A stretch of DNA of 64,000 nt from Actinomycetota bacterium (GTDB lineage: Bacteria > Actinomycetota > Acidimicrobiia > Acidimicrobiales > SZUA-35): the NCBI GenBank assembly GCA_039029735.1, contig JBCCFL010000003.1:12257-76256 (forward strand), read 5' to 3'. Below are positions 28,094 to 37,061 of this stretch, piece after piece. The notes under the pieces are model-generated. The model had not been told where the DNA came from. It ran no database searches and saw nothing but the letters and a program-made list of their open reading frames with translations. A program made the translations under genes and the position numbers. Every line of letters starts with the position of its first letter. The first letter of the stretch is position 1.

Positions 28094-28648
28094 CTAGGAG
28101 GCGATCAGGTTCTCGACCTCGGCGATCAGGCGCTCCTCGTTCACCACACCGTACGTGGTGAGCTGTGATGCGCCGTCCTCGTTGATGAACAGGAAGGTGG
28201 ATCGACCGCCGGTACCGAACCGCTGCCAGAGGTCACCGGTCGAGTCGTCCAGGTGCGTGAAGTTCCCCGTGCCCGTCAGATCGATGAAGGGCTGGAAGTC
28301 GGCCCCCGGCGCCTCACCGGCGATCCCGACGAACCTGACCTGATTTCCGAATGCTGCTTCGACCTCTGCGACCGCAGGGCCTTCTGCTTTGCACGACGTT
28401 CACCACGGAGCCCAGAACCACAGCACCAGATCCCGGTCGGCCAACTCGCCGAGGTCGAACGGTTCGCCGCTCACCGTGGTGGCCTGGGCGTCGAACGTCG
28501 ATGCCGAGATCTCGTTGAGCGCACCCGTCCCGGCCTGCTCGTCGCCGGAGCCGCAGGCTGCGGCCACGAGAGCGAGCGCAATCGCCGCTGCGGCGAGCCG
28601 TCCGGTGCGGCGGCGCCGACCTGCTCGTCGGGGAGGAACGTCATTCAT
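28094..28648 (-). CDS. TlpA/ResA-like thioredoxin-fold lipoprotein with an in-frame TGA at the first redox Cys (candidate UxxC selenoprotein, or a pseudogene)
   Basis: Lipobox LVAAAC-GSG. The frame reads ...DLVLWFWAPW-TGA-TSCKAEGPAVAEVEAAFGNQVRFVGIAG...STFLFINEDG...LIAS-TAG. The TGA is at 28400-28402. The frame stays open for 100 more codons with thioredoxin-fold character, whereas the ORF track ends at 28400. Confidence 0.6.
28361..28381 (-). promoter_or_regulatory. candidate bacterial SECIS hairpin
   Basis: The mRNA sequence GGCCCUGC-GGUC-GCAG-A-GGUC forms 8 bp with one bulged A and a GGUC apical loop. It begins 18 nt after the UGA. Confidence 0.3.
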
Positions 28649-28788
28649 GGTCCCAGTGTGGCGGACCAGGGCGAAGGAGAACCGAAAGGCGAGGCGGAAC
28701 CGCCCGAGTTCATCAGTCGATAACCCCGTGAGCACCGTCGGCGCAGTGAGCTTGCGGTGCTGAGGGGTCACGACCACAGTTGGTCGCC

Positions 28789-29433
28789 ATGGAATTCGAT
28801 CTGCACCAGGTGGACCAGCTGCTCTCGACCACGCGGGCCGTGCGCAAGCGTCTCGACCTCGAACGCCCTGTGCCTGACGACGTCTTGCTCGAATGCCTCC
28901 AGCTCGCAGTGCAGGCCCCCACCGGGTCCAACCGGCAAGGCTGGCGATGGATGGTGGTTCGCGACGATGCGAAGAAGGCGGCGCTGGCTGATCTGTACAA
29001 CAAGGCCGGCGGTGCCTACCTGAAGGAGGCGGCCGCGAGCGTCGAGGAGGGGAGCCAGACCGGGCGAGTGATGACCTCCGCCAACTACCTCGCCGAGAAC
29101 CTGCACCGTGTGCCCGTGATGGTCATCCCGATGATCATCGGCCGGGTGGAGGATGCGCCAACGTCGGGCGCAGGCCTCTTCGGCTCGATCATTCCGGCGA
29201 TGTGGAGCTTCCAGCTCGCATTGCGCAGCCGTGGTCTGGGGAGCTGCTACACCACGCTGCATCTCGGCCATGAGGCCGAGGCCGCCGAGCTGCTCGGCAT
29301 CCCGGCCCACATGACCCAGGCCGGGCTGTTGCCCGTGGCCTACACGAAGGGCACCGACTTCAAGCCGGCAGCCAGGCCCCCGGTCGAGGAGATCACCTAC
29401 CTCGACACCTACAAGAACCCGATCCGCGGCTGA
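28789..29433 (+). CDS. nitroreductase family protein
   Basis: TTRAVRKRLDLERPVPDDVLLECLQLAVQAPTGSNRQGWRWMVV is the nitroreductase N-terminal signature. An alternative TTG start lies at 28780. Confidence 0.85.
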   Translation: MEFDLHQVDQLLSTTRAVRKRLDLERPVPDDVLLECLQLAVQAPTGSNRQGWRWMVVRDDAKKAALADLYNKAGGAYLKEAAASVEEGSQTGRVMTSANYLAENLHRVPVMVIPMIIGRVEDAPTSGAGLFGSIIPAMWSFQLALRSRGLGSCYTTLHLGHEAEAAELLGIPAHMTQAGLLPVAYTKGTDFKPAARPPVEEITYLDTYKNPIRG

Positions 29434-29458
29434 TCGAGGGCTCAGGGTCGGCCCAGCG

Positions 29459-30949
29459 TCACGGCTGGGCCGCACGAGCAAGGCGGAACAGATCCCGGAG
29501 CGCAGTGTCTCCGAGGCCGGCACGGGCCGCGGCGCGCCGGATCGCCCGCACCTCGGCATCGGTGAGTTCGTTGTCTTCACCAGCGGCGTTGACCAGAGTC
29601 ACGAGCCGCTGCTCGGCCGCGATGCGACCACCCCAGTTGCCGCTCACCTGTTCGGCTTCGGTCAGCAACGTCTCGGTGTGGCGTTCGCTCCAGCCGTGTT
29701 CGGCGGCCATCTCGAGCAGGCGCACCCGATCGTCGGCGCTGAGGCTGCCGGTGTGCATTGCCATCTGGGCTCGTTCGAGGAACGAGGCCTCCTGATGAGC
29801 GGCCAGCTCGTTGGCGGCCCACCGATCGGCGTTGTCGAGCTCGTCGGATCGGGCTGTTCCGCCCGAGCCAGAGCGAGGCCGGCGCCTCGTCACCACGAGC
29901 GCCGCTGCGACAGCCACGGCGAACACGAGGGCAGCGACAACAGGATTGGCAGCGATGAACCCGGCGCCGATGATGGCGAGGGCGATCGGCACACCAAGAG
30001 CGATCGAGACGACGAGCGCCACCACCTGCCCCAACAACACCGCAGGCCCTGCAACCGATCTCAGCCCGGGAATCAGCTCGGCCAACCGCACGAGGCCGCT
30101 GAGCACGCCGAAGATCCCGAGCACCGTGCCGAGCAGGCCGAGCCAGCGCACCGTCTTCTTGAGGCTGCCGATGTCGGCCGCGATCGTCGCCAGCGCCTCG
30201 TCTCGGTCGCCGGCCGCCAGGTGATGCAACACGCCGGAGTCCTCGATGAGCTCGTTGACCGTGCCGGCGTCGCGGGCCGAGGTCGTGTCAGCCACACCAG
30301 TTCTTCCGTTGTACGAACCGAACCACGTGGCCGAAGCCGGCACGGGAACGCCGCGATAGATCATTCGCTCGTCGCCCGCCCCGAGTTCGCGGCCCTTGCT
30401 CAGGTAGAGCCAGTCGCCCTGCACGTCGAGGTCGCCCGGCAGCCGGAGTCCCGCGGGGTCGATCGTCTCGAGGCCGTCGGGAAGCGCCAGTGCCGTGGTG
30501 TCGACGGTCAGGTCACCGACCGCGACGGTGGGTGGTTCGATCGTCGCCGACCGCAGGCGCTGCGACAGGCCCTCGTTGCGAGGGTTGGCCTCGAGCACCG
30601 GGCGCCATGCCAGGAACCAGTCCGTATCGCTCTCGCTGGTCGGATCACGGGTCCACGCGTAGATGTGCGTTTCGCGTTCGACTCGCAGATAGCCCCTGAA
30701 CGACTCGGCGAAGTCCCCATCGAGGGTCAGTGACTGGTCCATGGGGCCACTGAACGCGATCGTCTCGCCCGCAGATGCCTCGCGGGGTGACTGCACCTCG
30801 TTGGCGGAGGCCGCCGCCTGGTGATAGTCGAAGCGGGTTTCGTTCAGGAACAGTGCAGCGATCGCGAGGAGCAGCACCACCGGGCCCGTGACCAGGCCTG
30901 CGATCGGCGACGATCGCTTCGGGTCGCTCCCGCCTCCGAAACCGAGCAT
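29459..30949 (-). CDS. TMEM43/DUF1625-like membrane protein with an extra C-terminal cytoplasmic domain
   Basis: N-terminal TM helix followed by FLNETR, a large extracytoplasmic region, a cluster of TM helices, then a roughly 130-aa helical tail. This is a family guess from pattern only. Confidence 0.4.
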   Translation of the reverse strand: MLGFGGGSDPKRSSPIAGLVTGPVVLLLAIAALFLNETRFDYHQAAASANEVQSPREASAGETIAFSGPMDQSLTLDGDFAESFRGYLRVERETHIYAWTRDPTSESDTDWFLAWRPVLEANPRNEGLSQRLRSATIEPPTVAVGDLTVDTTALALPDGLETIDPAGLRLPGDLDVQGDWLYLSKGRELGAGDERMIYRGVPVPASATWFGSYNGRTGVADTTSARDAGTVNELIEDSGVLHHLAAGDRDEALATIAADIGSLKKTVRWLGLLGTVLGIFGVLSGLVRLAELIPGLRSVAGPAVLLGQVVALVVSIALGVPIALAIIGAGFIAANPVVAALVFAVAVAAALVVTRRRPRSGSGGTARSDELDNADRWAANELAAHQEASFLERAQMAMHTGSLSADDRVRLLEMAAEHGWSERHTETLLTEAEQVSGNWGGRIAAEQRLVTLVNAAGEDNELTDAEVRAIRRAAARAGLGDTALRDLFRLARAAQP

Positions 30950-31116
30950 GTGGCCCCCTGGGTCTGTCGCGTGCCCAAACGGGGATCGACGACTGCGGTC
31001 GGCACCTTGAGCTGCCTCGGCCGGTCACGCCGCGATGGCACCCGCCATCCGCATCAGCTCCTGGATCGAGCGGCCCTGGACGGCGGCCCTCGGGCCGGAG
31101 ATAGGCTGGCGCCGAG

Positions 31117-32673
31117 GTGGGAATGGACGGGATCGCCCAACGCACGATCAGCTCACGTCACCGACAGATCGCCGACGAGGTGTGGGCCACACTGCCGGGA
31201 CGGGCAACGCCGTACCGAACTGGGTCCGCGTTCGGCTACGTGCGCGACCAGTCGGTGCGCCGGGCCGTGGCCGACTCGAGCGCCGTCGCCGCGGATCTCG
31301 AGGTGTCCCTTCGCGCCATCATCGAAGACGATCTGAGCGTGCCGGCGCCGGGGCTCATCGGCCCATCAGCGCCACGGGTCACGCCGTCCGCTCCGGCCAG
31401 CCCGTCCGGCAACGAGGAGCACCCGCCCAGCAGTGGCGCGGCGCAGCGGCCCCGCCCGATGTCGGTCACCGATCAGCTCCTGGCCGCGCCGGCGAGTACA
31501 GCAGCGTGGGAGAAGGCCGAGCAAGCCTGTCTTGCCCTGCACCGCGGGTGGGACGACGAAGCCGAACGGCTCTTCACCGACGCCACCACACTCGTGCCAA
31601 CCGATCCGTTTCTGTGGTTCGGCGCAGGGCTGGCCTCAGCAACCAGCGACCCGGGGCGGGCGGCCCGAGCCATGACCAACGCCAGCCGCTACCTGGCCCC
31701 GACCGATCCCCAGGGCGGGGCATACTGCGCCATCGCCGCGTGCGTGCTGTGGGAGCGCCAGGGCAACACGCCCCGGGCTCGCCGCACGCTGGAGGAGCAC
31801 GCAGAACTCGTCGATCTGCCGTGCCCGGCGATCGCGCTCCACCTCGCCCGTCTCGACGGCGAACGCACCCAGCGCATCGAGGAGGCGCTCAGCGCCGATC
31901 CGCTCGTCGAAGCGGATCTCATGGCCCTCGGGTTCTTCGAACACGACGATGCGAGGGCCCGCTGGGAGGAACGACGTCGGCGCACCGCTGAGGAGATCCG
32001 CCTGCTCGAAGACTCTGTCGACGAATTGCGCCTCGTCGACGGCGGGCCCGGCTGGGGCGCGGATCGCGACCGGGCGGATGGCTCCGACGACGAGGGCGCA
32101 CTCCCGCTCACCCGGCTCGAGGCCCGGCTCTGGCGGCGGGTGCGCACGGTTGATGCGGCCCTCGACGCTGCCCGCCACACCGTGACCGAGCGCGAGCGAG
32201 CCCGGCGGGCCAAAGAGGACGAGTTGGCCTCGGAGCTGGCAGTCGCACGCCGCGACCTCGACACGTTCGGCACGCTGCGCTTCTTCCTCGTGGGCCTGGT
32301 GGTGGCGTTGGCACTGTTGGCGGCGATGGTCTGGGGCCGGATCTTCGCCGATGCCAACCCCGACTCCGCCTGGATGATCCGGGTGGCGGTCGTGGCGATT
32401 CAGGTCGCGCTGCTCGCCTGGGCGCTGGCGGAGTTCCTCCGCGCCTGGTGGCCTCGGCGGCACTTCGCCAGGGCCCGACAGGCCCAGCTCAGGGTGCCCC
32501 AACTGGAATGGGAGGCAGCGCAGCTCCGGCGCGGCGAGTTCGACGTTCGGCGACGGTTCAACCGGGCCGCCCGCGAGGCCGAACTCCGCAAGGGTCGCAT
32601 CAGTGATCGGCGCAAGACGATCGTGCCCGCCCGCCCCCGTTTCGGAGCCCGTCCCCTCGACGACACGCTCTAG
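31117..32673 (+). CDS. hypothetical protein (helical/TPR-like region, coiled coil, two TM helices)
   Basis: Protein-like composition in this frame. The overlapping ORF at 31035-31991 is Arg/Pro-rich and was rejected. No family was recognised. Confidence 0.45.
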   Translation: MGMDGIAQRTISSRHRQIADEVWATLPGRATPYRTGSAFGYVRDQSVRRAVADSSAVAADLEVSLRAIIEDDLSVPAPGLIGPSAPRVTPSAPASPSGNEEHPPSSGAAQRPRPMSVTDQLLAAPASTAAWEKAEQACLALHRGWDDEAERLFTDATTLVPTDPFLWFGAGLASATSDPGRAARAMTNASRYLAPTDPQGGAYCAIAACVLWERQGNTPRARRTLEEHAELVDLPCPAIALHLARLDGERTQRIEEALSADPLVEADLMALGFFEHDDARARWEERRRRTAEEIRLLEDSVDELRLVDGGPGWGADRDRADGSDDEGALPLTRLEARLWRRVRTVDAALDAARHTVTERERARRAKEDELASELAVARRDLDTFGTLRFFLVGLVVALALLAAMVWGRIFADANPDSAWMIRVAVVAIQVALLAWALAEFLRAWWPRRHFARARQAQLRVPQLEWEAAQLRRGEFDVRRRFNRAAREAELRKGRISDRRKTIVPARPRFGARPLDDTL

Positions 32674-32732
32674 GGCCCTCCGAGGAGGGTCAACGACCGG
32701 CGATCCGGCTCGGCCGAGTATCGTCAAAGGCC

Positions 32733-33458
32733 ATGTGTGGACGATTCGTGGCCGCATCGCCGCCCGACGAATTGGCGCGCTACTTCGAGGCAGGGCCGCC
32801 CGACAACAGCCTCGACGCCGATTTCAACGTGGCACCGACCAACGAGGTCTACGTCGTGCGCGCCAGCGACGGTCACCGTCAGCTGAGCTCGATGCGGTGG
32901 GGGCTCGTGCCGTTCTGGGCGAAGGACCGCAAGGTGGGCTCCAAGATGATCAACGCCCGCTCCGAGACCATCTTCGAAAAGCCCGCCTACCGGCGCGCCA
33001 TCCAGCGTCGACGTTGCCTGATCCCGGCCGACGGGTTCTACGAATGGGCCAAGGTCGCCGGCCACAAACGCAAGCAGCCGTACTACATCCATCGCAGCGA
33101 CGGTGAGCCCATCGTGTTCGCTGGCCTCTGGGAGCGGTGGTCGCCGCCTGAGGACAGTGACGACCCTCTCGGCCCCGACGGGGTGCTCGAGACCTGCACG
33201 ATCCTCACCTGCAGCCCCAACGAGACGATGGCGGAGATCCACAACCGCATGCCGGTGTTGCTCGCCCCGGGTGACTGGGACGAGTGGCTCGCGCCCCGCG
33301 AAGCCGACGAGGTTCCGGAGCTCTCGTCGTTGCTGGTTCCGGCCCCCGATGGGCTGCTCACGCTCCGGCCGGTGACCACCGCTGTGAACAGCGTGCGCAA
33401 CAACGGCGCCGAGTTGCTCGATCTCGAACCGGAACCCCTTCAGGAGACCAGTGAGTGA
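32733..33458 (+). CDS. SOS response-associated peptidase (SRAP/YedK family)
   Basis: Begins MCGRF (Cys2 nucleophile). Also MRWGLVPFW, MINARSET and PADGFYEW. Confidence 0.9.
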   Translation: MCGRFVAASPPDELARYFEAGPPDNSLDADFNVAPTNEVYVVRASDGHRQLSSMRWGLVPFWAKDRKVGSKMINARSETIFEKPAYRRAIQRRRCLIPADGFYEWAKVAGHKRKQPYYIHRSDGEPIVFAGLWERWSPPEDSDDPLGPDGVLETCTILTCSPNETMAEIHNRMPVLLAPGDWDEWLAPREADEVPELSSLLVPAPDGLLTLRPVTTAVNSVRNNGAELLDLEPEPLQETSE

Positions 33459-34959
33459 GCTGACGCTCCGGCGCCGTTTCGACCGCCAGGTCGTCCGCTT
33501 CCAGGCCAGGATCGAGGCCGGCGCCGGCGACCGGTGGATCCCAACGCTCACGGCGGTGACCCTCGCCGCGGTGCTGGCCCGATCGGGATTGGCTCGCCTC
33601 GCCTCGCTCGACACCGGCCTCGAACTCGCCGGCTACAGCCAGGCACTGTGGCTGCTCAGCGAGGGCAAGGTGCCCCAGGCGTCGCTGCTCGGCACCGACG
33701 TGCACCTGCTCGAGCTGCACTGGGCCTTCATCATGTACCCCTTGGCCCCCCTCGTGTGGCTGTTCTCGGCCCCTGAGGTGCTGATCGTGGCCCAGGCCGT
33801 GGCGCTGGCCGCCACCGTGTTCCCCCTGTGGTGGCTCGCCCGGCGAGTGGCGAAGCTCCGTATCGCAGCCGCGTCGGCGCTGATCGCCGCCTACGCGCTG
33901 CACCCCGCCACCCATCGGCTGGGAGTGGAAGACTTCCATCCCGAGGCGCTCGCGGTTCCCGCACTGGTTGGCGTGGCCTACTTCGGCGCCACCAAACGGT
34001 GGACCTGGTACTGGATCAGCATCGCCTTCGTGTTGGCGTGTCGGGCCGATCTCGGCCTTGCCGTCGCCCTCTGGGGGTTCGTGGTGCTCGGCCATCGCGA
34101 GCGCACGGTTGGTATCTGGACGCTCGGTGTCGGCCTGATCTGGTCGCTCGGACTGCTGTTCGTGGCCCAGCCCCTCACGGGGGAGTCAGGCGTCGTGCCC
34201 GGCACCTTCGGCTACGGCGGCGAGTCGCTGGCCAACATCATGCTCGGCGGCATCAGGGACCCACTCGGCCTCGTCCAGGACCTGCTGGCCCGCGACAACA
34301 TCAGCCTCGTCGTGGGGCTGCTGGCGCCGCTGATCTTCCTCCCGTTGTTGTCGCTGCGGCACCTGGCGCCGGCGATGCCACTGGCCACGCTGTACCTGAT
34401 CACCGACCTCCCGGCCGACGCGGCCTACGCCGAGCGCAGCTCGATGTTCCTCGCCTTCATGATGATCGCCGCCACCCATGCCCTGAAACGGTTGGGCAAC
34501 ATGGGCGTCGACCGGGTGTTCCTCGACGGTCGCGTGCTGTCGACGCTCGTGGCCGCCTCGGTGCTCCTCTACGTCAGTTCGTCACCGATCTCTCCCTATG
34601 AGCGACCGTGGCAGTGGGGTGAGCTTGACTCGTCCGACGTGGCCGCACTCGAAGCGATCGAGGGCCTCGACCCCGAGGTGGCCGTGAGGGCGTCGCCGAG
34701 CACGCTCGCCCAGCTCGCCGAACGACCGTGGGTCTTCCCGTTGGCGACCGACAGTGAGCCGTCAGCGGCCCAGGCTGGATTCCCCGACTTCACCAGGGCC
34801 GTGCTCGTGCTCGAATCGGAGATACCGGAGCGGACCGACGAGGAGCGGATGGAGTTCGATCGCAGCATGCAGGCCCAGGGCTTCCAGGTGGTGCTGCGTG
34901 ATCTCGAATCTCAGGTGGTGCTCTATTCCCGAGCCGACACCGCTGGAGCCGGAGGGTGA
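33451..34959 (+). CDS. DUF2079-like polytopic membrane protein
   Basis: More than 10 TM helices. LELAGYSQALWLLSEG and DFHPEALAVP resemble DUF2079. The GTG start overlaps the SRAP stop, with a CAGGAG RBS. Confidence 0.55.
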   Translation: MSELTLRRRFDRQVVRFQARIEAGAGDRWIPTLTAVTLAAVLARSGLARLASLDTGLELAGYSQALWLLSEGKVPQASLLGTDVHLLELHWAFIMYPLAPLVWLFSAPEVLIVAQAVALAATVFPLWWLARRVAKLRIAAASALIAAYALHPATHRLGVEDFHPEALAVPALVGVAYFGATKRWTWYWISIAFVLACRADLGLAVALWGFVVLGHRERTVGIWTLGVGLIWSLGLLFVAQPLTGESGVVPGTFGYGGESLANIMLGGIRDPLGLVQDLLARDNISLVVGLLAPLIFLPLLSLRHLAPAMPLATLYLITDLPADAAYAERSSMFLAFMMIAATHALKRLGNMGVDRVFLDGRVLSTLVAASVLLYVSSSPISPYERPWQWGELDSSDVAALEAIEGLDPEVAVRASPSTLAQLAERPWVFPLATDSEPSAAQAGFPDFTRAVLVLESEIPERTDEERMEFDRSMQAQGFQVVLRDLESQVVLYSRADTAGAGG

Positions 34960-35555
34960 CCACGTCCGAACAGACGGCAGGGGGTGTCGACTGGTCACAG
35001 CTCGCCACCTGGCCCAACCTCGTCACCCTCCTCCGGCTGTGTTGCCTGCCGCTGTTCCTGTACCTGCTGTTCGGGCCCGAGGAGCGGGGTATGGCGGCCT
35101 GGCTGCTCGCCGGGTTGGGGGCGACCGACTGGGTGGACGGGTGGCTCGCCCGCATCCTCGACCAGAAGACCGAGTTCGGGGCCATGTTCGACCCGATCGT
35201 CGACCGACTGTTGTTCGTGGCCGCCGTGCCTGCGCTGCTCATCGACGGATCGCTTCCGCTGCTGGTCGGGGCCGTGATTCTGCTGCGAGAAGCGCTCGTC
35301 AGTTCGTTCGCCGTTGCATTGCGGCTACGGGGTGCATCCCGGTTGGTGGTCACCTGGGAGGGCAAGACGGGCACCTTCTTCCTCCTGTTCGCTGTGCCGA
35401 TGTTCCTCGGCGCTGCAAGCACGCTTCCGTATGCCGGGGTACTCGAACCACTCGCATGGTTGTTCACCATTCCCGGCCTCGCCTACGGCTGGTATGCCGC
35501 GCTGTTCCAATACCTTCCGGCCACCAGAGCGAGCCTGGCCAGCCAGGCGCAATAG
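34956..35555 (+). CDS. CDP-alcohol phosphatidyltransferase family protein
   Basis: DWVDGWLARILDQKTEFGAMFDPIVD matches D-x2-DG-x2-AR-x8-G-x3-D-x3-D. The start overlaps the upstream stop. Confidence 0.85.
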   Translation: MTTSEQTAGGVDWSQLATWPNLVTLLRLCCLPLFLYLLFGPEERGMAAWLLAGLGATDWVDGWLARILDQKTEFGAMFDPIVDRLLFVAAVPALLIDGSLPLLVGAVILLREALVSSFAVALRLRGASRLVVTWEGKTGTFFLLFAVPMFLGAASTLPYAGVLEPLAWLFTIPGLAYGWYAALFQYLPATRASLASQAQ

Positions 35556-35604
35556 CTCTCGATGATGCCGATGGGGCGGCGAATCACGAGGTAGCGTAAG
35601 CCTC

Positions 35605-35985
35605 ATGGAAGCGCCAGAGGACCTCCGTTATTCGACGGATCACGAGTGGGTCCGGACCGAAGCCGGCAACCGGGTTCGGATCGGGATCACCGAGTACGCC
35701 CAGGATGCGTTGGGCGAGATCGTGTACGTGGACCTGCCCGCAGTCGGGGCCACGGTGGAGGTCGGCGCCAGTTTCGGCGAGGTCGAGTCCACGAAATCGG
35801 TGTCTGACCTGTTCGCTCCGGTGACCGGCACTGTCGTCGAGATCAATCAGGATCTGGTCGAAACTCCCGAGCGGGTGAACGAGGACCCGTACGGCGACGG
35901 CTGGATTTGCATCGTTGAGCTAAACTCCGGGTCCAACCTGGAACATCTCATGGATGCTTCTGCCTACCTCGCTCACACGGAGTAA
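35605..35985 (+). CDS. gcvH: glycine cleavage system protein H
   Basis: HEWVR...IGITEYAQDALGEIVYVDLP...GEVESTKSVSDLFAPVTG, with the lipoyl-Lys context. Confidence 0.95.
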   Translation: MEAPEDLRYSTDHEWVRTEAGNRVRIGITEYAQDALGEIVYVDLPAVGATVEVGASFGEVESTKSVSDLFAPVTGTVVEINQDLVETPERVNEDPYGDGWICIVELNSGSNLEHLMDASAYLAHTE

Positions 35986-35990
35986 GAGCT

Positions 35991-36479
35991 GTGACTGTCA
36001 CCTGCACCTCGTGCGGATACGAGAACGCTCTCGGTTCCCGCTTCTGCAGCTCGTGTGGCGCACCGCTGGCCCAACGCAATCCCACTGAACAGGCCACGGC
36101 GCTCCACCAGCCCGTAACGGCCGAGTCGGATGCGGTCCTCACCGATCCCATCTCCCTCGACGGTGTTCCCGAGGGCACGCCCGGCATGTTCGTCGTGCGC
36201 CAGGGCCCCAAGCGGGGCAGCCGGATCCACCTCGACACCGACTCGATCACGATCGGTCGCCACCCCGACAGTGACATCTTCCTCGACGACGTCACCGTGT
36301 CGCGGCGTCACGCCGAGGTTCGTCGCGAGGGCGAAGGATTCGTGGTTGCCGACGCCGGAAGCCTCAATGGCACCTATGTCAACCAGGCGCGGGTGGAGAA
36401 CGAGCGTCTCAACGACGGCGATGAGCTCCAGGTCGGGAAGTTCAAGTTGGTCTACATCGCCATCAACGGCGCGAGGTAG
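35991..36479 (+). CDS. FHA-domain protein (GarA/OdhI-like position) with an N-terminal zinc ribbon
   Basis: CTSCGYEN...CSSCG ribbon. FHA core ITIGRHPDSDIFLDDVTVSRRHAEV...GSLNGTYVN. Sits directly after gcvH, as garA does in mycobacteria. Confidence 0.85.
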   Translation: MTVTCTSCGYENALGSRFCSSCGAPLAQRNPTEQATALHQPVTAESDAVLTDPISLDGVPEGTPGMFVVRQGPKRGSRIHLDTDSITIGRHPDSDIFLDDVTVSRRHAEVRREGEGFVVADAGSLNGTYVNQARVENERLNDGDELQVGKFKLVYIAINGAR

Positions 36480-36560
36480 CGGCATGGCGGAGGCCCAGGG
36501 CGGATCGAGCCGGAGCGGTGGGCACCAGCGCTCCGGGTTGGCGGCTGCCGAGGTGAGCCG

Positions 36561-37061
36561 ATGACGGTCGAGATGGAACTCGTCGGAGTACGCGTCCAGA
36601 TGCCGACCAACACCCCGATCCTGCTGTTGCGAGAGACTGTTGGTCGTCGTCGCGTGGTGCCGATCTACATCGGTGGGCCGGAGGCTCACGCCATTGATCT
36701 CGCCCTTTCGGGTACTCCCACGGCACGGCCGATGACCCACGACCTGATGGCCGAGGTTGTCGAGAGCCTCGGCGCGGTTGTCGAACGAGTTGTCGTCACC
36801 GAACTGCGCGAAGGCACGTTCTATGCGGAGCTGTTCCTGCGTGATGGCAACGGTGGGGTGCAGACGATCTCGGCCCGCCCCTCCGATGCGGTGGCTCTTG
36901 CGGTCCGCACTGGCAGCCCGATCTTCGCCGAGGACGCGCTGATCGACGAGGTGGGCATCGAGGAAGCCGAGGCCGATTCTGATCCTGGCGACGAGGAGGA
37001 GATGGTGCAAGAGCTCCGCAAGTTCCTCGACGAGGTGAACCCCGAGGACTTCCTGCCCTGA
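36561..37061 (+). CDS. bifunctional nuclease (DUF151/BFN) family protein
   Basis: PILLLRE...VVPIYIGGPEAHAI...RPMTHDL...FYAELFL...ISARPSDAVALAVR. Confidence 0.85.
   Translation: MTVEMELVGVRVQMPTNTPILLLRETVGRRRVVPIYIGGPEAHAIDLALSGTPTARPMTHDLMAEVVESLGAVVERVVVTELREGTFYAELFLRDGNGGVQTISARPSDAVALAVRTGSPIFAEDALIDEVGIEEAEADSDPGDEEEMVQELRKFLDEVNPEDFLP

Noticed and set aside
31035-31991. 318-aa plus-strand ORF overlapping the 31117-32673 ORF
   Set aside because: Its composition is extremely Arg/Pro/Gly-rich. The alternative frame starting at 31117 reads like a real protein with hydrophobic helices and continues for 518 aa.
36480-36560. Expected MerR gene between the FHA and nuclease genes
   Set aside because: Only 81 bp are available and they contain no ORF. 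The gene is simply absent here.
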